A stretch of 64,000 nt of DNA from contig JAZQCH010000001.1 in the NCBI GenBank assembly GCA_045546195.1, forward strand, positions 103,362 through 167,361, given 5' to 3'. This DNA is from Candidatus Enterousia sp. Its GTDB lineage: Bacteria > Pseudomonadota > Alphaproteobacteria > Rs-D84. Positions within the stretch are counted from its first letter, which is position 1. Each line of letters begins with the position of its first letter. Shown one piece after another: positions 18,904 to 28,985 of this stretch. The notes under the pieces are model-generated. The model made no database searches, was not told the origin of the DNA, and saw nothing but the letters and a program-made list of their open reading frames with translations. The position numbers and the translations under genes were made by a program.

Positions 18904-19614
18904 TTATTCCACAATCCCATTATTAATTGTAATCGTCCTATCGGCACACGACGCCAAATTCATATCATGCGTCACGAACAGCATTGCCATCTTGTTCCGA
19001 CGCACTAAATCCAGCAATAAATCAAACACAGCCCCCGCATGCATCGGGTCCAAACTGCCCGTTGGTTCATCTGCCAACAAGATATCCGGATTATTCGCCA
19101 ACGCACGCGCAACGGCGGTACGCTGTTGTTCACCACCACTCATTTCCCCCGGCAGATGCGACGCCCTGTGCGCGACACTTGCGGCCCGCAGCAACTTCAT
19201 CGCCCGCGCACGCGCCACATTTTCATCCACACCATTGGCCAACATTGGCAACATAACATTTTCAAGCGCACTAAAATCAGACAACAGATTATGCTTTTGA
19301 TACACAAACCCGATTTTTTTGCGTCGAATTTGCGTACGCATATCTTCATCCATTTTCTGAACGGCGGCACCATTGATTAAGATACTGCCCCCACTTGGCT
19401 TGTCCAACAGTCCCACACACTGCAGCAATGTTGACTTACCCGAACCCGACGCCCCAACCAGCGCGATAATTTCCCCCCGATGTAAATCAAACCCACCACC
19501 ACGCAGGATATGTAACGGTTGCCCCCCTTCCAGAAAGGTCCGCTTAATATCACGCACCGACATAACCACATCCGCGCGCGTCACTTTTGACAAAGAATTC
19601 AAAATATTCGCCAT
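18904..19614 (-). CDS. lolD: Lipoprotein-releasing system ATP-binding protein LolD
   Basis: Walker A GASGSGKST, LSGGEQQR signature, Walker B LLADEPTG. Start could be 19563. Confidence 0.88.
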   Translation of the reverse strand: MANILNSLSKVTRADVVMSVRDIKRTFLEGGQPLHILRGGGFDLHRGEIIALVGASGSGKSTLLQCVGLLDKPSGGSILINGAAVQKMDEDMRTQIRRKKIGFVYQKHNLLSDFSALENVMLPMLANGVDENVARARAMKLLRAASVAHRASHLPGEMSGGEQQRTAVARALANNPDILLADEPTGSLDPMHAGAVFDLLLDLVRRNKMAMLFVTHDMNLASCADRTITINNGIVE

Positions 19615-19627
19615 TTAATTTGCCTTC

Positions 19628-20884
19628 TTACTCATTTCTCAGCACCTCGACCGGGTCTGTGTTTGCCGCCTTCCATGCCGGGTACAGCGTTGCCAGAAAC
19701 GCCAACAACACCGCAATCAGCGCAATTCCCAACACATCTGTCCAAACCAACTTGGACGGCAATTCTGACAAATAATACAATTCCGCCGGGAACAAATCGC
19801 GCCCTGTAATCCATTGAAAGAACTGACGAATTGGCTCAATATAAATCGCAACCAGTACCCCAAATATCGTCCCAAAGAACGCCCCAATCACACCAATCGA
19901 TGTGCCTGACAAAACAAATATCTTCATCATAGACCTGCGCGACACACCAAATGTACGCAGTACCGCAATATCTTTGTTTTTATCTTTGACCAACATAACC
20001 AATGACGACACTATATTAAACGCCGCCACAATCACAATCAGCAACAATATTAAAAACATAACATTTGATTCGACCTGTAATGCGCCAACGAACCCACGGT
20101 TCAAATCGCGCCAATCGCGCACCACAAACCCATCCGGCAACAAACGCGCCAAACTTTCGACAACCGCCGTTGTATCTTCGGGATTATCCAAGAACAAATC
20201 AATATGCGTCACAGAATTACCAATATTCAGATACTTTTGCGCGGTTTCCAGCGGCATAAAAATATACCCAGAATCGTATTCATACATACCCATAAAGAAC
20301 GAACTCATCACCGGATACGACATAATCCGCGGCATTGAACCAAAGGGTGTCGGGGTTGCGTTATTTGCGGACACCAACGAAATATTATCCCCCATTGTCA
20401 CACGCAGCGCACGCGTCAGTGACGCGCCTGCAACCAATTCACCATCTGTGATTGCGGCCAAATCCTTGCCATAAATCCGTGTGCCGGTCTGGGTTTTTGC
20501 CGCCAAATCAGACATCCGAATACCACGCACCATGGCACCTGTATTATTTCCATTGGCGGTTGCCATAACCTGGCCTTCGGCGATTGGCACAATAGACACA
20601 ACGCGTTGTGCAACGGCCTTGTTCTGTTTCATTTTATCAATCAAGAAATCAAAGTCAGAAATCGCACCATCCTGGTGATATACAACCACATGCCCGTTCA
20701 TCCCAACAATCCGCCCCAGCAATGTATCATGGAAACCACCCATAACCGACATCACAACAATCAGCGTCGCCACCCCCAGCATAATACCAATCAGCGACAC
20801 CCACGAAATCACAGAACCAAATCCGCGTTTTTTCGCCCCCAAATATCTAAATGCAATTTTCCGTTCCAGTTTCGAAAACATCAA
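19628..20884 (-). CDS. lolC: Lipoprotein-releasing system transmembrane permease LolC/E family
   Basis: 418 aa, FtsX/MacB-like 4-TM topology with large periplasmic loop. Confidence 0.85.
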   Translation of the reverse strand: MMFSKLERKIAFRYLGAKKRGFGSVISWVSLIGIMLGVATLIVVMSVMGGFHDTLLGRIVGMNGHVVVYHQDGAISDFDFLIDKMKQNKAVAQRVVSIVPIAEGQVMATANGNNTGAMVRGIRMSDLAAKTQTGTRIYGKDLAAITDGELVAGASLTRALRVTMGDNISLVSANNATPTPFGSMPRIMSYPVMSSFFMGMYEYDSGYIFMPLETAQKYLNIGNSVTHIDLFLDNPEDTTAVVESLARLLPDGFVVRDWRDLNRGFVGALQVESNVMFLILLLIVIVAAFNIVSSLVMLVKDKNKDIAVLRTFGVSRRSMMKIFVLSGTSIGVIGAFFGTIFGVLVAIYIEPIRQFFQWITGRDLFPAELYYLSELPSKLVWTDVLGIALIAVLLAFLATLYPAWKAANTDPVEVLRNE

Positions 20885-20891
20885 TTATTCC

Positions 20892-22223
20892 TTAGTCCTT
20901 CAAAAAATCACGCAACGCGTCGCCAATCAGTTCATTTGACTGTTCGATACCCGCATTATCTGCGATTGAAATGACACGTGGCGACATAAACACAACCAGT
21001 TCCGCAAACGGCGACACCAATGTTTCTGGCGTTGTCACAAACGAATGTGTTGGAATACCGATAATCACATAGTTATCACCAACGGTCGATGGGATATTAA
21101 ACGAACTCAGTTCCCCCTGACTGGTGCGCAGAACAATCTTCGCATCAATTTTATCACGTCCGCCAAAGTCCCCATATGTCCCAGTCGCCCCAACAACCAA
21201 ATCCGTTTCCAATCTTTCTTCGCGGCCGCATTGACCGATATCAAATCGCGACTGCCACCCATTTGGAATTGCGAACGTCCCCTGGGATATCAGAACAACA
21301 TTTGCCTGTTGTCCTAAAAATTCCTGTAATGTTTTGGTATTGATTTCCGGCCCAACAACCAAGGCACGCCCAACGACACCTGGGATTGACATCTTGATAT
21401 TTTTTTCGCCAAACGCCGGCAACAGATTCATCCACACAATCGGATTATCCGTCCGCGGATACACACGATACACATCAATATCCCACGCCAGCATATATTT
21501 CTTGCCTGAAATATCAGCAATTATTTTTGCGACTTCGCGTTCTGTCTGATAATTGCCTTCGAACACAACGGTTTTATCCGCCCAGTCCACCAATAAATTC
21601 CGCATATCCGCCCCATGCATCGCATCCAGCAACGCCATAATAATCGTCTGGTCTTGGGGCATTTTAATCAACCACTTTGCCCGATGCGACAAATTCAGTT
21701 CACCATTTTGCGCATCGTACGAATAATACACACGCCCCATTTTAGTCATCAACTCAACCGCATCCGACAATTGACCTGTTGTAATTGTACCTGTAATTTT
21801 TTCATACAGCGCGCCCTGCTCTACCACCGAAATATCAGTTCCATCCAGCAATTTATCCAGCGCATTTTTTACCGTCAAATCTTTGAATTCATAATCAGAC
21901 ACCTGTAATTCCGGCAACGGGTCACCAACCCCCAGACGCACCATTTCAATCCGTTCCGCCGGCACAACCGACACCACACTTTGGTTATCCCAGTCCACTT
22001 CGCACCGCATCGGCAATTCAACCGAAAACCGACGCGCGGTATCCGTGGTCAACGCCGCTTTTTTTGGAAAAATTGGCACAGAATTTTCATCAATCACCAA
22101 TTCATCAATCACGGTAATATTGTCATACAGTGGCTGTTCCTGTTGCTTGTTCTGGACACACCCCGCAACCAGCCCCGCACAAAGTGCCACCACCAAAAAC
22201 TTAAAACTTTTCATCATCCCCAT
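20892..22223 (-). CDS. Outer-membrane lipoprotein with possible secretin-like C-terminal region (uncertain)
   Basis: Lipobox LVAGC. C-terminus ...GDNYVIIGIPTHSFVTTPETLVSPFAELVVFMSPRVI loosely resembles secretin C-domains but lacks the canonical LGxLF motif. First gene of the lolCD operon. Confidence 0.4.
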   Translation of the reverse strand: MGMMKSFKFLVVALCAGLVAGCVQNKQQEQPLYDNITVIDELVIDENSVPIFPKKAALTTDTARRFSVELPMRCEVDWDNQSVVSVVPAERIEMVRLGVGDPLPELQVSDYEFKDLTVKNALDKLLDGTDISVVEQGALYEKITGTITTGQLSDAVELMTKMGRVYYSYDAQNGELNLSHRAKWLIKMPQDQTIIMALLDAMHGADMRNLLVDWADKTVVFEGNYQTEREVAKIIADISGKKYMLAWDIDVYRVYPRTDNPIVWMNLLPAFGEKNIKMSIPGVVGRALVVGPEINTKTLQEFLGQQANVVLISQGTFAIPNGWQSRFDIGQCGREERLETDLVVGATGTYGDFGGRDKIDAKIVLRTSQGELSSFNIPSTVGDNYVIIGIPTHSFVTTPETLVSPFAELVVFMSPRVISIADNAGIEQSNELIGDALRDFLKD

Positions 22224-22232
22224 TTCCTTTCC

Positions 22233-22556
22233 CTAGATATTCATTATCCGTTCAAATTCTTCCAGCGTCATTTCATGAATTGGCTTTTGTGACGGCGTCA
22301 CCAAATCCCGCACATGTTCCAACTGCGCTGCGAACCGATTGACCAGCGTGACAATTTCCGCCCCTACATTTTTATTTTGCTCTATCAATCTGCGTCCATA
22401 TTCGACAACATACTCCAACACATCCGCCACATAGAATCGCCCGACATAGTTTTCCATCGCAATTCCGCCCTTTTGTACACAAATGGCCGACATCAACATC
22501 GCGGTCTGATTATAGTAATTTGCCAACTTAATAAATTGTTGTACCGTAATTGCCAT
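22233..22556 (-). CDS. Hypothetical protein
   Basis: 107-aa ORF directly upstream of, and co-oriented with, the lipoprotein gene. Confidence 0.35.
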   Translation of the reverse strand: MAITVQQFIKLANYYNQTAMLMSAICVQKGGIAMENYVGRFYVADVLEYVVEYGRRLIEQNKNVGAEIVTLVNRFAAQLEHVRDLVTPSQKPIHEMTLEEFERIMNI

Positions 22557-22633
22557 GGGCGTTGTTCCTTCTCTCTTTTTTCACATTATAAAAACTATTG
22601 CCCCCAAAAGGCAATTAAATTATAATATAAAAC

Positions 22634-23020
22634 ATGAGAATAAATTTTCCGACAATCTTAGTATCGATTTTTCTGGCGTCATGCGCATCCGTCAACCGCG
22701 GCAGCATTGACAACGCAACTGTCCTGAACTGGGAAAACGAAGCGGTCACCACCGAACAATTCGTCCGCGACCACAAATCATGTCTGGGAATAACCAAACC
22801 TTCGTACCAGCCCCGTTCCCGTATCGCCAAATTAATTGCCCCGAACCAGTCTGCGGTTATGCCCGACTGGGACGGCCTGTGGGTCACATTTCAGTCAAAC
22901 GAATACCGCGATGTCGGCCAACGCAGTCTGATGTCTGTACCCCGCAACACAACATCTAAATCCGTTGGCGCGTACCGCAAATGTATGTTCCGCCGTGGAT
23001 ACTTGTTGCGCGCGATGTAG
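22634..23020 (+). CDS. Hypothetical lipoprotein
   Basis: Signal peptide with lipobox FLASC. Confidence 0.4.
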   Translation: MRINFPTILVSIFLASCASVNRGSIDNATVLNWENEAVTTEQFVRDHKSCLGITKPSYQPRSRIAKLIAPNQSAVMPDWDGLWVTFQSNEYRDVGQRSLMSVPRNTTSKSVGAYRKCMFRRGYLLRAM

Positions 23021-23145
23021 TGCGGAAAAGACACCTATACCATCCCATCCCAAAATATCACATAATACCCATGCGGACACTGCACGAACAAACCCAACGG
23101 GCTTTATGGCCCCAAACCCACATCCCTAAATGCAATGTTTGCGAA

Positions 23146-23176
23146 AATCCCCGCGATTGCGGGGATTTTTTTATCG
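23146..23176. terminator. Bidirectional rho-independent terminator
   Basis: aaaatccccgcgattgcggggatttttttat. Confidence 0.8.
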
Positions 23177-23782
23177 AACTAAATTTTTCTTTTCGTTTAA
23201 CAAAGAATCAATTTTCATCTGTAAATCACGCACCTGGCGACTGGCGGACACATAAAAGTGCGCCCGCACCGCATCCGGCACATGCTCAACACTTGGCGCA
23301 CGCCGGTCAAATTCTTGAATCTTCTTTTTATTTGCGTAATATTTCCACTTTACATTTCTGACCCCGGGCACATCTGAAAAATCTCTAAATACAGTTTCGT
23401 TATTTTTTACAATCGCCATAATTGAATTTTTCTTTGCCGCATTATATGCCTGCTGTGTCAAATCCTGGTTCACAACCCTCAGACTATCAATCGCCCTTTT
23501 ATTATCCGCAACCCATCTGTATTCAGCATGTCGCGCCAACGAATCCGCCACAAAAAAATCAGTCGCCTTATATATACTATCAACCTTAGCCTCGGCCGCT
23601 TTTATCTGTGCATCAACCTTGGCGACCTTGGTATTTTGCTCTCTTTCCATCCGTTTGATTTTTTTAGTATCGTGCGCCATAGTCAACACCAAAATCAGCA
23701 CCAAACAAATCCCCGCCAACATACCGGAACTTACACGAACATGCCAAAAATTATCATTATTATTTTTCACAAAACACCTCAC
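23171..23782 (-). CDS. Hypothetical membrane-anchored protein
   Basis: 203 aa, one TM helix. Lies directly 3' of tRNA-Glu. Confidence 0.35.
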   Translation of the reverse strand: MRCFVKNNNDNFWHVRVSSGMLAGICLVLILVLTMAHDTKKIKRMEREQNTKVAKVDAQIKAAEAKVDSIYKATDFFVADSLARHAEYRWVADNKRAIDSLRVVNQDLTQQAYNAAKKNSIMAIVKNNETVFRDFSDVPGVRNVKWKYYANKKKIQEFDRRAPSVEHVPDAVRAHFYVSASRQVRDLQMKIDSLLNEKKNLVR

Positions 23783-23790
23783 TTATACCT

Positions 23791-23822
23791 TTAATCTCGC
23801 TGTAGCGCAAGCGAAAGCGGAT
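23791..23822. repeat. 32-nt conserved tRNA 3'-flank motif aatctcgctgtagcgcaagcgaaagcggatgg (copy 1, abutting tRNA-Glu)
   Basis: Identical 32-mer occurs at 40529-40560 abutting tRNA-Thr. The last 3 nt are the CCA complement. Confidence 0.8.
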
Positions 23823-23896
23823 GGCACCCCCAACGGGAATCGAACCCGTGTTGCCAGAATGAGAATCTGATGTCCTAACCGCTAGACGATGGGGGC
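23822..23896 (-). tRNA. tRNA-Glu (anticodon CTC)
   Basis: Reverse complement GCCCCCA-TC-GTCT-AGCGGTTA-GGAC, anticodon arm TCAGA-TTCTCAT-TCTGG, T-arm ACGGG-TTCGATT-CCCGT, CCA encoded. Confidence 0.75.
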
Positions 23897-23958
23897 AATT
23901 CTTACTACGCACCCTATCTTATACTTAAACGCCTGAATTTTCAAATGAAACTTTTCCC

Positions 23959-24726
23959 TTGCGCCTACTTTTTTTATTTCCTAGGATGACTATCATCATG
24001 GCTGGCCCATTACGCAGATTCTTTACCAACATCATCTGCGGGTGTATCTATAACAAAGATACCCGCAAACGCGTGCGTGTTATTTTAAATTCTGACATGG
24101 CCGGCAACATCCGATTTATCCGCAACAACTTGAACACACCGGTTCGCAAAACCAAAACCTTTATCGGGTACCAGGCACGCAATCTGTTAATCAGTGCAAA
24201 CGACACCCACATCTTCAAATTTCCACTGCGCCGGGCGAATTCCAGCGAACTAACAATCCGGGAAAAGCGCATTGTTGACGCATTTATTCCAATTTCATCA
24301 ATCCCCATCCCCGCTGTTGAAGTATTTGAATACGACAATAAATTAATTCGCCGTTATGAATTTATTCACGGCATGGGTCTGCGCCAAATACCACACGATG
24401 TTGCGATGAAAAATCTGGACACATTGGCGAAACAAATTGCGACTTTTATATTTGAAATCGGGTCATCTGACCCTGAATCAATCCGCGACTTAAAACCAAA
24501 GGCAAATGCCAAACCGGGCTATATGTACGGCTGGTGCCAGGGCGACATCTGTGACAACTTTATCATCGACCCAACCACAATGCGCATCATCGCCTTTATA
24601 GATTGGGAAGATTGCGAATTCATCAACTTTGCCCACATATTTACCCGCGACAAACGCAGTCCACATCACGAACTAATGATTGCGGCAAAACGCGAATATG
24701 ATAAATTATACAAAACAACCTATTGA
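23959..24726 (+). CDS. Phosphotransferase (APH/choline-kinase-like protein kinase fold)
   Basis: Brenner/HGD-type motif WCQGDICDNFIIDP and IDWEDCEF. Start uncertain (23959, 23986 or 23998). Confidence 0.5.
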   Translation: MRLLFLFPRMTIIMAGPLRRFFTNIICGCIYNKDTRKRVRVILNSDMAGNIRFIRNNLNTPVRKTKTFIGYQARNLLISANDTHIFKFPLRRANSSELTIREKRIVDAFIPISSIPIPAVEVFEYDNKLIRRYEFIHGMGLRQIPHDVAMKNLDTLAKQIATFIFEIGSSDPESIRDLKPKANAKPGYMYGWCQGDICDNFIIDPTTMRIIAFIDWEDCEFINFAHIFTRDKRSPHHELMIAAKREYDKLYKTTY

Positions 24727-25847
24727 TCCGCCGCCATGGTGTCGTCGTATATGGTATATTCTGTCACACCATCTGAAATATGAATATCACCATCACCCCC
24801 GATGGTGGCATTTCCGTAAAAAACCTTGTTTCCAAACTTTACATGTAATGACGGTTCTGTTTTTGGTTCACTGCGCAGGAACAATTTCCTATCACCAAAA
24901 TTCAGCACATGTCCACAGTCCCCTGCTTCGTCTGCCCCAACACCATATCCAATTGTCGTCATCCCACTGGGGCACGCATTTCGTACACCTGTTGCGCCAT
25001 AGTTCACCACCGATTCCCCGGCCCAGTACCCTTCGCCAACATCAAAGCATCCATACGGTCGCGCAAATTCACCTTCGCCACTGTTATAAACATATTTTTG
25101 TGTCACATAGTCATACATACACACCACCCCATCGGGGTCAACACTTGGCACCATATCGCGCAACAATGTCCCGCCATAGTAATCATATTCACGATATTGA
25201 TAAATAATCAGCCCCGGCGTAATCGTATCCGGCCCGGTATCGGTCTGACGCGCATACAGATATGATGAATATGGCATCACCATATTCGGATACTTTGTAA
25301 TCGTAAAACTTTTACCATCAAATGTGCCCTTGCCTGTTGCGGCGTTCAACGAAAACGAGTGAATATCCGTATCAAATTTGGCCAAAACCGTTGTTCCATT
25401 TATCCCTGTAAAGAATTTATCCAAATACGCCCCAACACTGATACGCGGCGTCAATGGCCCATCGGCATTATTGGCATAGTTTCGCGGAATCCCGCCCCAC
25501 ACCGCATAGACCTGTTGCGCGGTATTCATTTCCGGCCGTATCGTAAATTGAAACACTAACTCTACATAGGTTTTCCCAGTTGCCACAATCCCAGTATCAA
25601 TGAACGATTTACCATCCGACGCCAAACGTGGTTCTGACACATACTGACCACCACTACACTTCGTCTGACATTGTGAAACATCCGTTTTCCCATCATCTGT
25701 ATTATAATCATACCCATACGGACACTGAATACATTGTCCCAATCTGGCATCCATATATGTCGCACCGACACAAACATCCGCCACCGCGGGCAACGCCCCC
25801 AGCGCACACAAAACACCGACCAAGAAAACAAACCTCTTGACCACCAC
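24720..25847 (-). CDS. Secreted hypothetical protein, Cys-rich N-terminal region
   Basis: 375 aa, signal peptide ALGALPAVA. Rich in G/Y/D/T. Confidence 0.45.
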   Translation of the reverse strand: MVVKRFVFLVGVLCALGALPAVADVCVGATYMDARLGQCIQCPYGYDYNTDDGKTDVSQCQTKCSGGQYVSEPRLASDGKSFIDTGIVATGKTYVELVFQFTIRPEMNTAQQVYAVWGGIPRNYANNADGPLTPRISVGAYLDKFFTGINGTTVLAKFDTDIHSFSLNAATGKGTFDGKSFTITKYPNMVMPYSSYLYARQTDTGPDTITPGLIIYQYREYDYYGGTLLRDMVPSVDPDGVVCMYDYVTQKYVYNSGEGEFARPYGCFDVGEGYWAGESVVNYGATGVRNACPSGMTTIGYGVGADEAGDCGHVLNFGDRKLFLRSEPKTEPSLHVKFGNKVFYGNATIGGDGDIHISDGVTEYTIYDDTMAADQ

Positions 25848-25910
25848 TCTCCTAACTCAATATACACAACAATACAAAATTGATTTAATATTTACAACGG
25901 CTTTCTGGCA

Positions 25911-25943
25911 AAAAAAACCACCCAACTGGGTGGTTTTTATATC
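25911..25943. terminator. Rho-independent terminator
   Basis: aaaaaaaccacccaactgggtggtttttatatc. Confidence 0.8.
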
Positions 25944-25945
25944 CC

Positions 25946-26725
25946 TTATCTGATTTTCTGGCCCATCCCCGGCCAAATCACGGTCTGATTCGCCTTGTTA
26001 AAAATTGCGACTGGCAACCTGAACACATGTTCATCAACCCCGTCATTTGCGCGCGATTCCATCACCCCATACATATCCACCGCACTGTGTAATTTATCAA
26101 TATGGCTTTCTATTACCCAATTTCCTGGGAACCGCAAATAATATGATTCAAACACATCGTGCCCCATTACAATCTTGTACACTTTGCTAACATCTGAATA
26201 ATCAATCCGTCCATCGGCATCACGACGCAACCATTGATATTGTGTTGGGTCTATAATCGGATTTTCCCTGACCCGCTGTACAATATTATCAAACCGTTCA
26301 ACAAAGCGCGCCGGATTTATATACTCTAAATTCACGCGTTTGCCATCAATCGCCGCCACCCGTGTCTGTAAATCAGAATCCTTGATATATTTTGGCCGCG
26401 CTTTGTCATAAAACGCATCCACCCCCATCAATGTACAGTTCGGAATTTCCAGCCGCACATAATCCCCCGTCAATTTATGCGGCACCGACGCCAGATTCAA
26501 CGCCAACGGATGTGGCAAATTAAAATCTACATCTTCCCAGTTTCGCACAGCATACGCCCCGACACAGGTCGTGTACACCAACCGTCCCCCAACCTGAGTC
26601 AAGAACATACACTCTTCAAACCTGTGCGCATCGCGTTCATATTTTGTTGAATATTCTATGTTCACTGGCTTGGCTATTAACTTGTGCTGTCGCACCCAAG
26701 ACGTTTTCAAAGGGATTTCCACCAT
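25946..26725 (-). CDS. Hypothetical protein
   Basis: 259-aa ORF with a divergent AT-rich promoter region upstream. Confidence 0.4.
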   Translation of the reverse strand: MVEIPLKTSWVRQHKLIAKPVNIEYSTKYERDAHRFEECMFLTQVGGRLVYTTCVGAYAVRNWEDVDFNLPHPLALNLASVPHKLTGDYVRLEIPNCTLMGVDAFYDKARPKYIKDSDLQTRVAAIDGKRVNLEYINPARFVERFDNIVQRVRENPIIDPTQYQWLRRDADGRIDYSDVSKVYKIVMGHDVFESYYLRFPGNWVIESHIDKLHSAVDMYGVMESRANDGVDEHVFRLPVAIFNKANQTVIWPGMGQKIR

Positions 26726-26929
26726 AATACTACCTTATTACCTATTTACCTCTCTCAACCCCCTGCTGATATACATGATTAAAAAATCCCTCACTAAAAT
26801 CAACTACAAAGCATATACAAATAAAACAATTAGATTTGCTTACTGTCGGAAAGAATATCAATAATTGTTTATAAATTTGCAAAACACAAGACGATAAGAT
26901 ACAATAAACAGTATGAATCAGGGGAATAT

Positions 26930-27682
26930 ATGCAAACAACTAACTCAAATTTTTCAGATGCAAAGAAAATACAAAGGGTGATAAGCAATATCCTTGACAA
27001 GGAAGCTGTGTTTAAAAATGGGCATTGGTCGTCTGCGGTAAATTTTGAACATCGACTGGCCAAAGATGGCTTTGTTCCCGCGTGTCCGATTTCACACCAA
27101 TATAAATTTCCCGATGGTGTGACTGAGGCAGACTATGAAAAAAAAGTAATGAACAATATGTATTATCTGGGTTTGTTTGAACCACTGCGTATTGAAAATC
27201 CAGAACTGTATGTCGATTATATATTCCAAGGCGCCCCAGATGCAACAGCCAAAGAGAAACAGCAATATTTAGACTTTTTGAACAGTGTAACGGGCGAATT
27301 AAATGACGCAGAAAAAAGAAAAATAATAGCGCATTTTACAAGCAACAAAAATCAGAATCTCGCATTGATGAATATGGAAAACATGGTTCGCGAAATAAAA
27401 TTGTTAAACCCTGTATTGCGGGATATCCCAGTTAACATTCATACAAATGCGTATGATTTGTTGATTGGTGTCACATCCAGATTTCACCCCAAAGATATTA
27501 AGTATTTTATAACAACAAAACGTAATAAAGGGCTTGGTTGGTTGAACAAGATACACCAAGACCAAAAACTTTTTTATACTGTGCTGGATTATGCGCCAAA
27601 TGTATTTATGGCCCCATCACGCATTAAACAAATTGTTAATGGAATTATTTTACAAAAACAGAACCAATCAACCCATGAATAG
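26930..27682 (+). CDS. Hypothetical protein (low GC, likely horizontally acquired)
   Basis: 250-aa ORF in an AT-rich block. Confidence 0.4.
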   Translation: MQTTNSNFSDAKKIQRVISNILDKEAVFKNGHWSSAVNFEHRLAKDGFVPACPISHQYKFPDGVTEADYEKKVMNNMYYLGLFEPLRIENPELYVDYIFQGAPDATAKEKQQYLDFLNSVTGELNDAEKRKIIAHFTSNKNQNLALMNMENMVREIKLLNPVLRDIPVNIHTNAYDLLIGVTSRFHPKDIKYFITTKRNKGLGWLNKIHQDQKLFYTVLDYAPNVFMAPSRIKQIVNGIILQKQNQSTHE

Positions 27683-27804
27683 AAACTTGTATTTCAAACA
27701 AAAAACGCCCCAACGGGCATTATTTTATTTTGGTTGTGGTGTGTGGGCAAAACGCGAGTTGATTATTGAATCTACTTGTGTTAGAATGACGGCATATGTA
27801 AAAA

Positions 27805-28206
27805 ATGAGGCAAAAGATGACAGAAGAACAGATTACGGCATTAAGTTCCAAAATAGACAGATTTGAAGACCATGCTAATTTTATGCGTATTTATTTCAAA
27901 AATCCGCAAGATGTAGATGGTTTAAAAAAATCATTTGTAGATTTAGGAATAACAGATATTATGAACGCCAAAACTACAAGTGCAACAGGGTATCACATAG
28001 ATGAATATATGCTAGAAGTAAACTGGAGATATTCCCCTCAGAAAAAAATTATAGATGATTTAGAATTTAGACACAAACGCATGAAAGCATGGTCTGTTTT
28101 GCGCGGATGGGGTGGGGTGCAAATGACGGAAGCGGAAAAAAAGTTTTTTGCAAATCAAGATGCCAAAATAGTCGCCCATAAACTTCAACAAAGTAAAGAT
28201 ATGTGA
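27805..28206 (+). CDS. Hypothetical protein (low GC)
   Basis: 133-aa ORF, AT-rich. Confidence 0.35.
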   Translation: MRQKMTEEQITALSSKIDRFEDHANFMRIYFKNPQDVDGLKKSFVDLGITDIMNAKTTSATGYHIDEYMLEVNWRYSPQKKIIDDLEFRHKRMKAWSVLRGWGGVQMTEAEKKFFANQDAKIVAHKLQQSKDM

Positions 28207-28472
28207 TTTCTTTTTTTTATCACAAACAACACCCGCTTTAAAGCGGGTGTTGTTCTATAGCCTGCTCACACGCCACAACCACTTTGGACAAATGTATAAA
28301 GCGGGGTAGATTATTGCTGTAATGTTAACTCTTTTGCTATTTCGAATGTTTTTGGTGTGTTATAAGCAGTTCGAAACTGTGGTTAACGACATAATTTTTC
28401 TAAATTTGACTTTCGAACTTGCCAAAGTCTTATATTTTTGCTCTCTGTAATGCGCTACGTATCCTTGATAAA

Positions 28473-28718
28473 TTATTTCCAAAAATGTCTTTTTGCGAAT
28501 GCGTGTCCTGAGCCAGTTTTAAGATATCGTTCAAATTCTAATGCCGCATCTTTTGAGTTAAAAGCGAAATAATTTACCAATTCCCAAGGTTTATATTTTG
28601 CTGTATGTATTGAATATCCTGCATTATGTTGCTTTAGTCGGTTTTTTAAATCATCAGTTTGCCCGATGTATTTTTGTTCTGGATGGGAAATACTTTTTAT
28701 AAGATAGACATAAAACAT
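28473..28718 (-). CDS. GIY-YIG nuclease superfamily small protein (YhbQ/UPF0213-like)
   Basis: MFYVYLIKS...YIGQTDDLKNRLKQHN. Lies about 107 nt 3' of tRNA-Gln on the same strand. Confidence 0.7.
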   Translation of the reverse strand: MFYVYLIKSISHPEQKYIGQTDDLKNRLKQHNAGYSIHTAKYKPWELVNYFAFNSKDAALEFERYLKTGSGHAFAKRHFWK

Positions 28719-28825
28719 TTGATTTTTATTCCTGTCCGCCTACGCCAAGGCTACGGTGGACACTACTTCACGATAACTACTCCGCTTGTGTGGCCTGCCA
28801 CACGAAGCGTCGCAGACGCGAAGTG

Positions 28826-28899
28826 TGGTTGGGGCGCACGGATTCGAACCATGATAAAGAGAACCAAAATCTCTTGTCCTACCATTAGACGACACCCCA
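28826..28899 (-). tRNA. tRNA-Gln (anticodon TTG)
   Basis: Reverse complement TGGGGTG-TC-GTCT-AATGGTA-GGAC, anticodon arm AGAGA-TTTTGGT-TCTCT, T-arm CATGG-TTCGAAT-CCGTG, acceptor CGCCCCA-A-CCA. U1-A72 as in bacterial tRNA-Gln. Confidence 0.8.
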
Positions 28900-28958
28900 A
28901 TTGCACCGGCAATTATACCCACCCCATAAATTTTTTCAATAACAAAATAACAGCGCAC

Positions 28959-28985
28959 AAAAAAACCGCCAATTGGCGGCTTTCT
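28959..28985. terminator. Rho-independent terminator for the carD-like gene
   Basis: aaaaaaaccgccaattggcggctttct. Confidence 0.7.

Noticed and set aside
20892-22223. Calling the 443-aa lipoprotein a canonical secretin (PilN/BfpB)
   Set aside because: The C-terminal similarity is loose and the LGxLF secretin signature is absent. Kept only as a hypothesis.
28226-28255. Hairpin aacaacacccgctttaaagcgggtgttgtt as a rho-independent terminator
   Set aside because: Good stem but no downstream U-tract in either orientation. At best a weak or RNA-stabilising structure.
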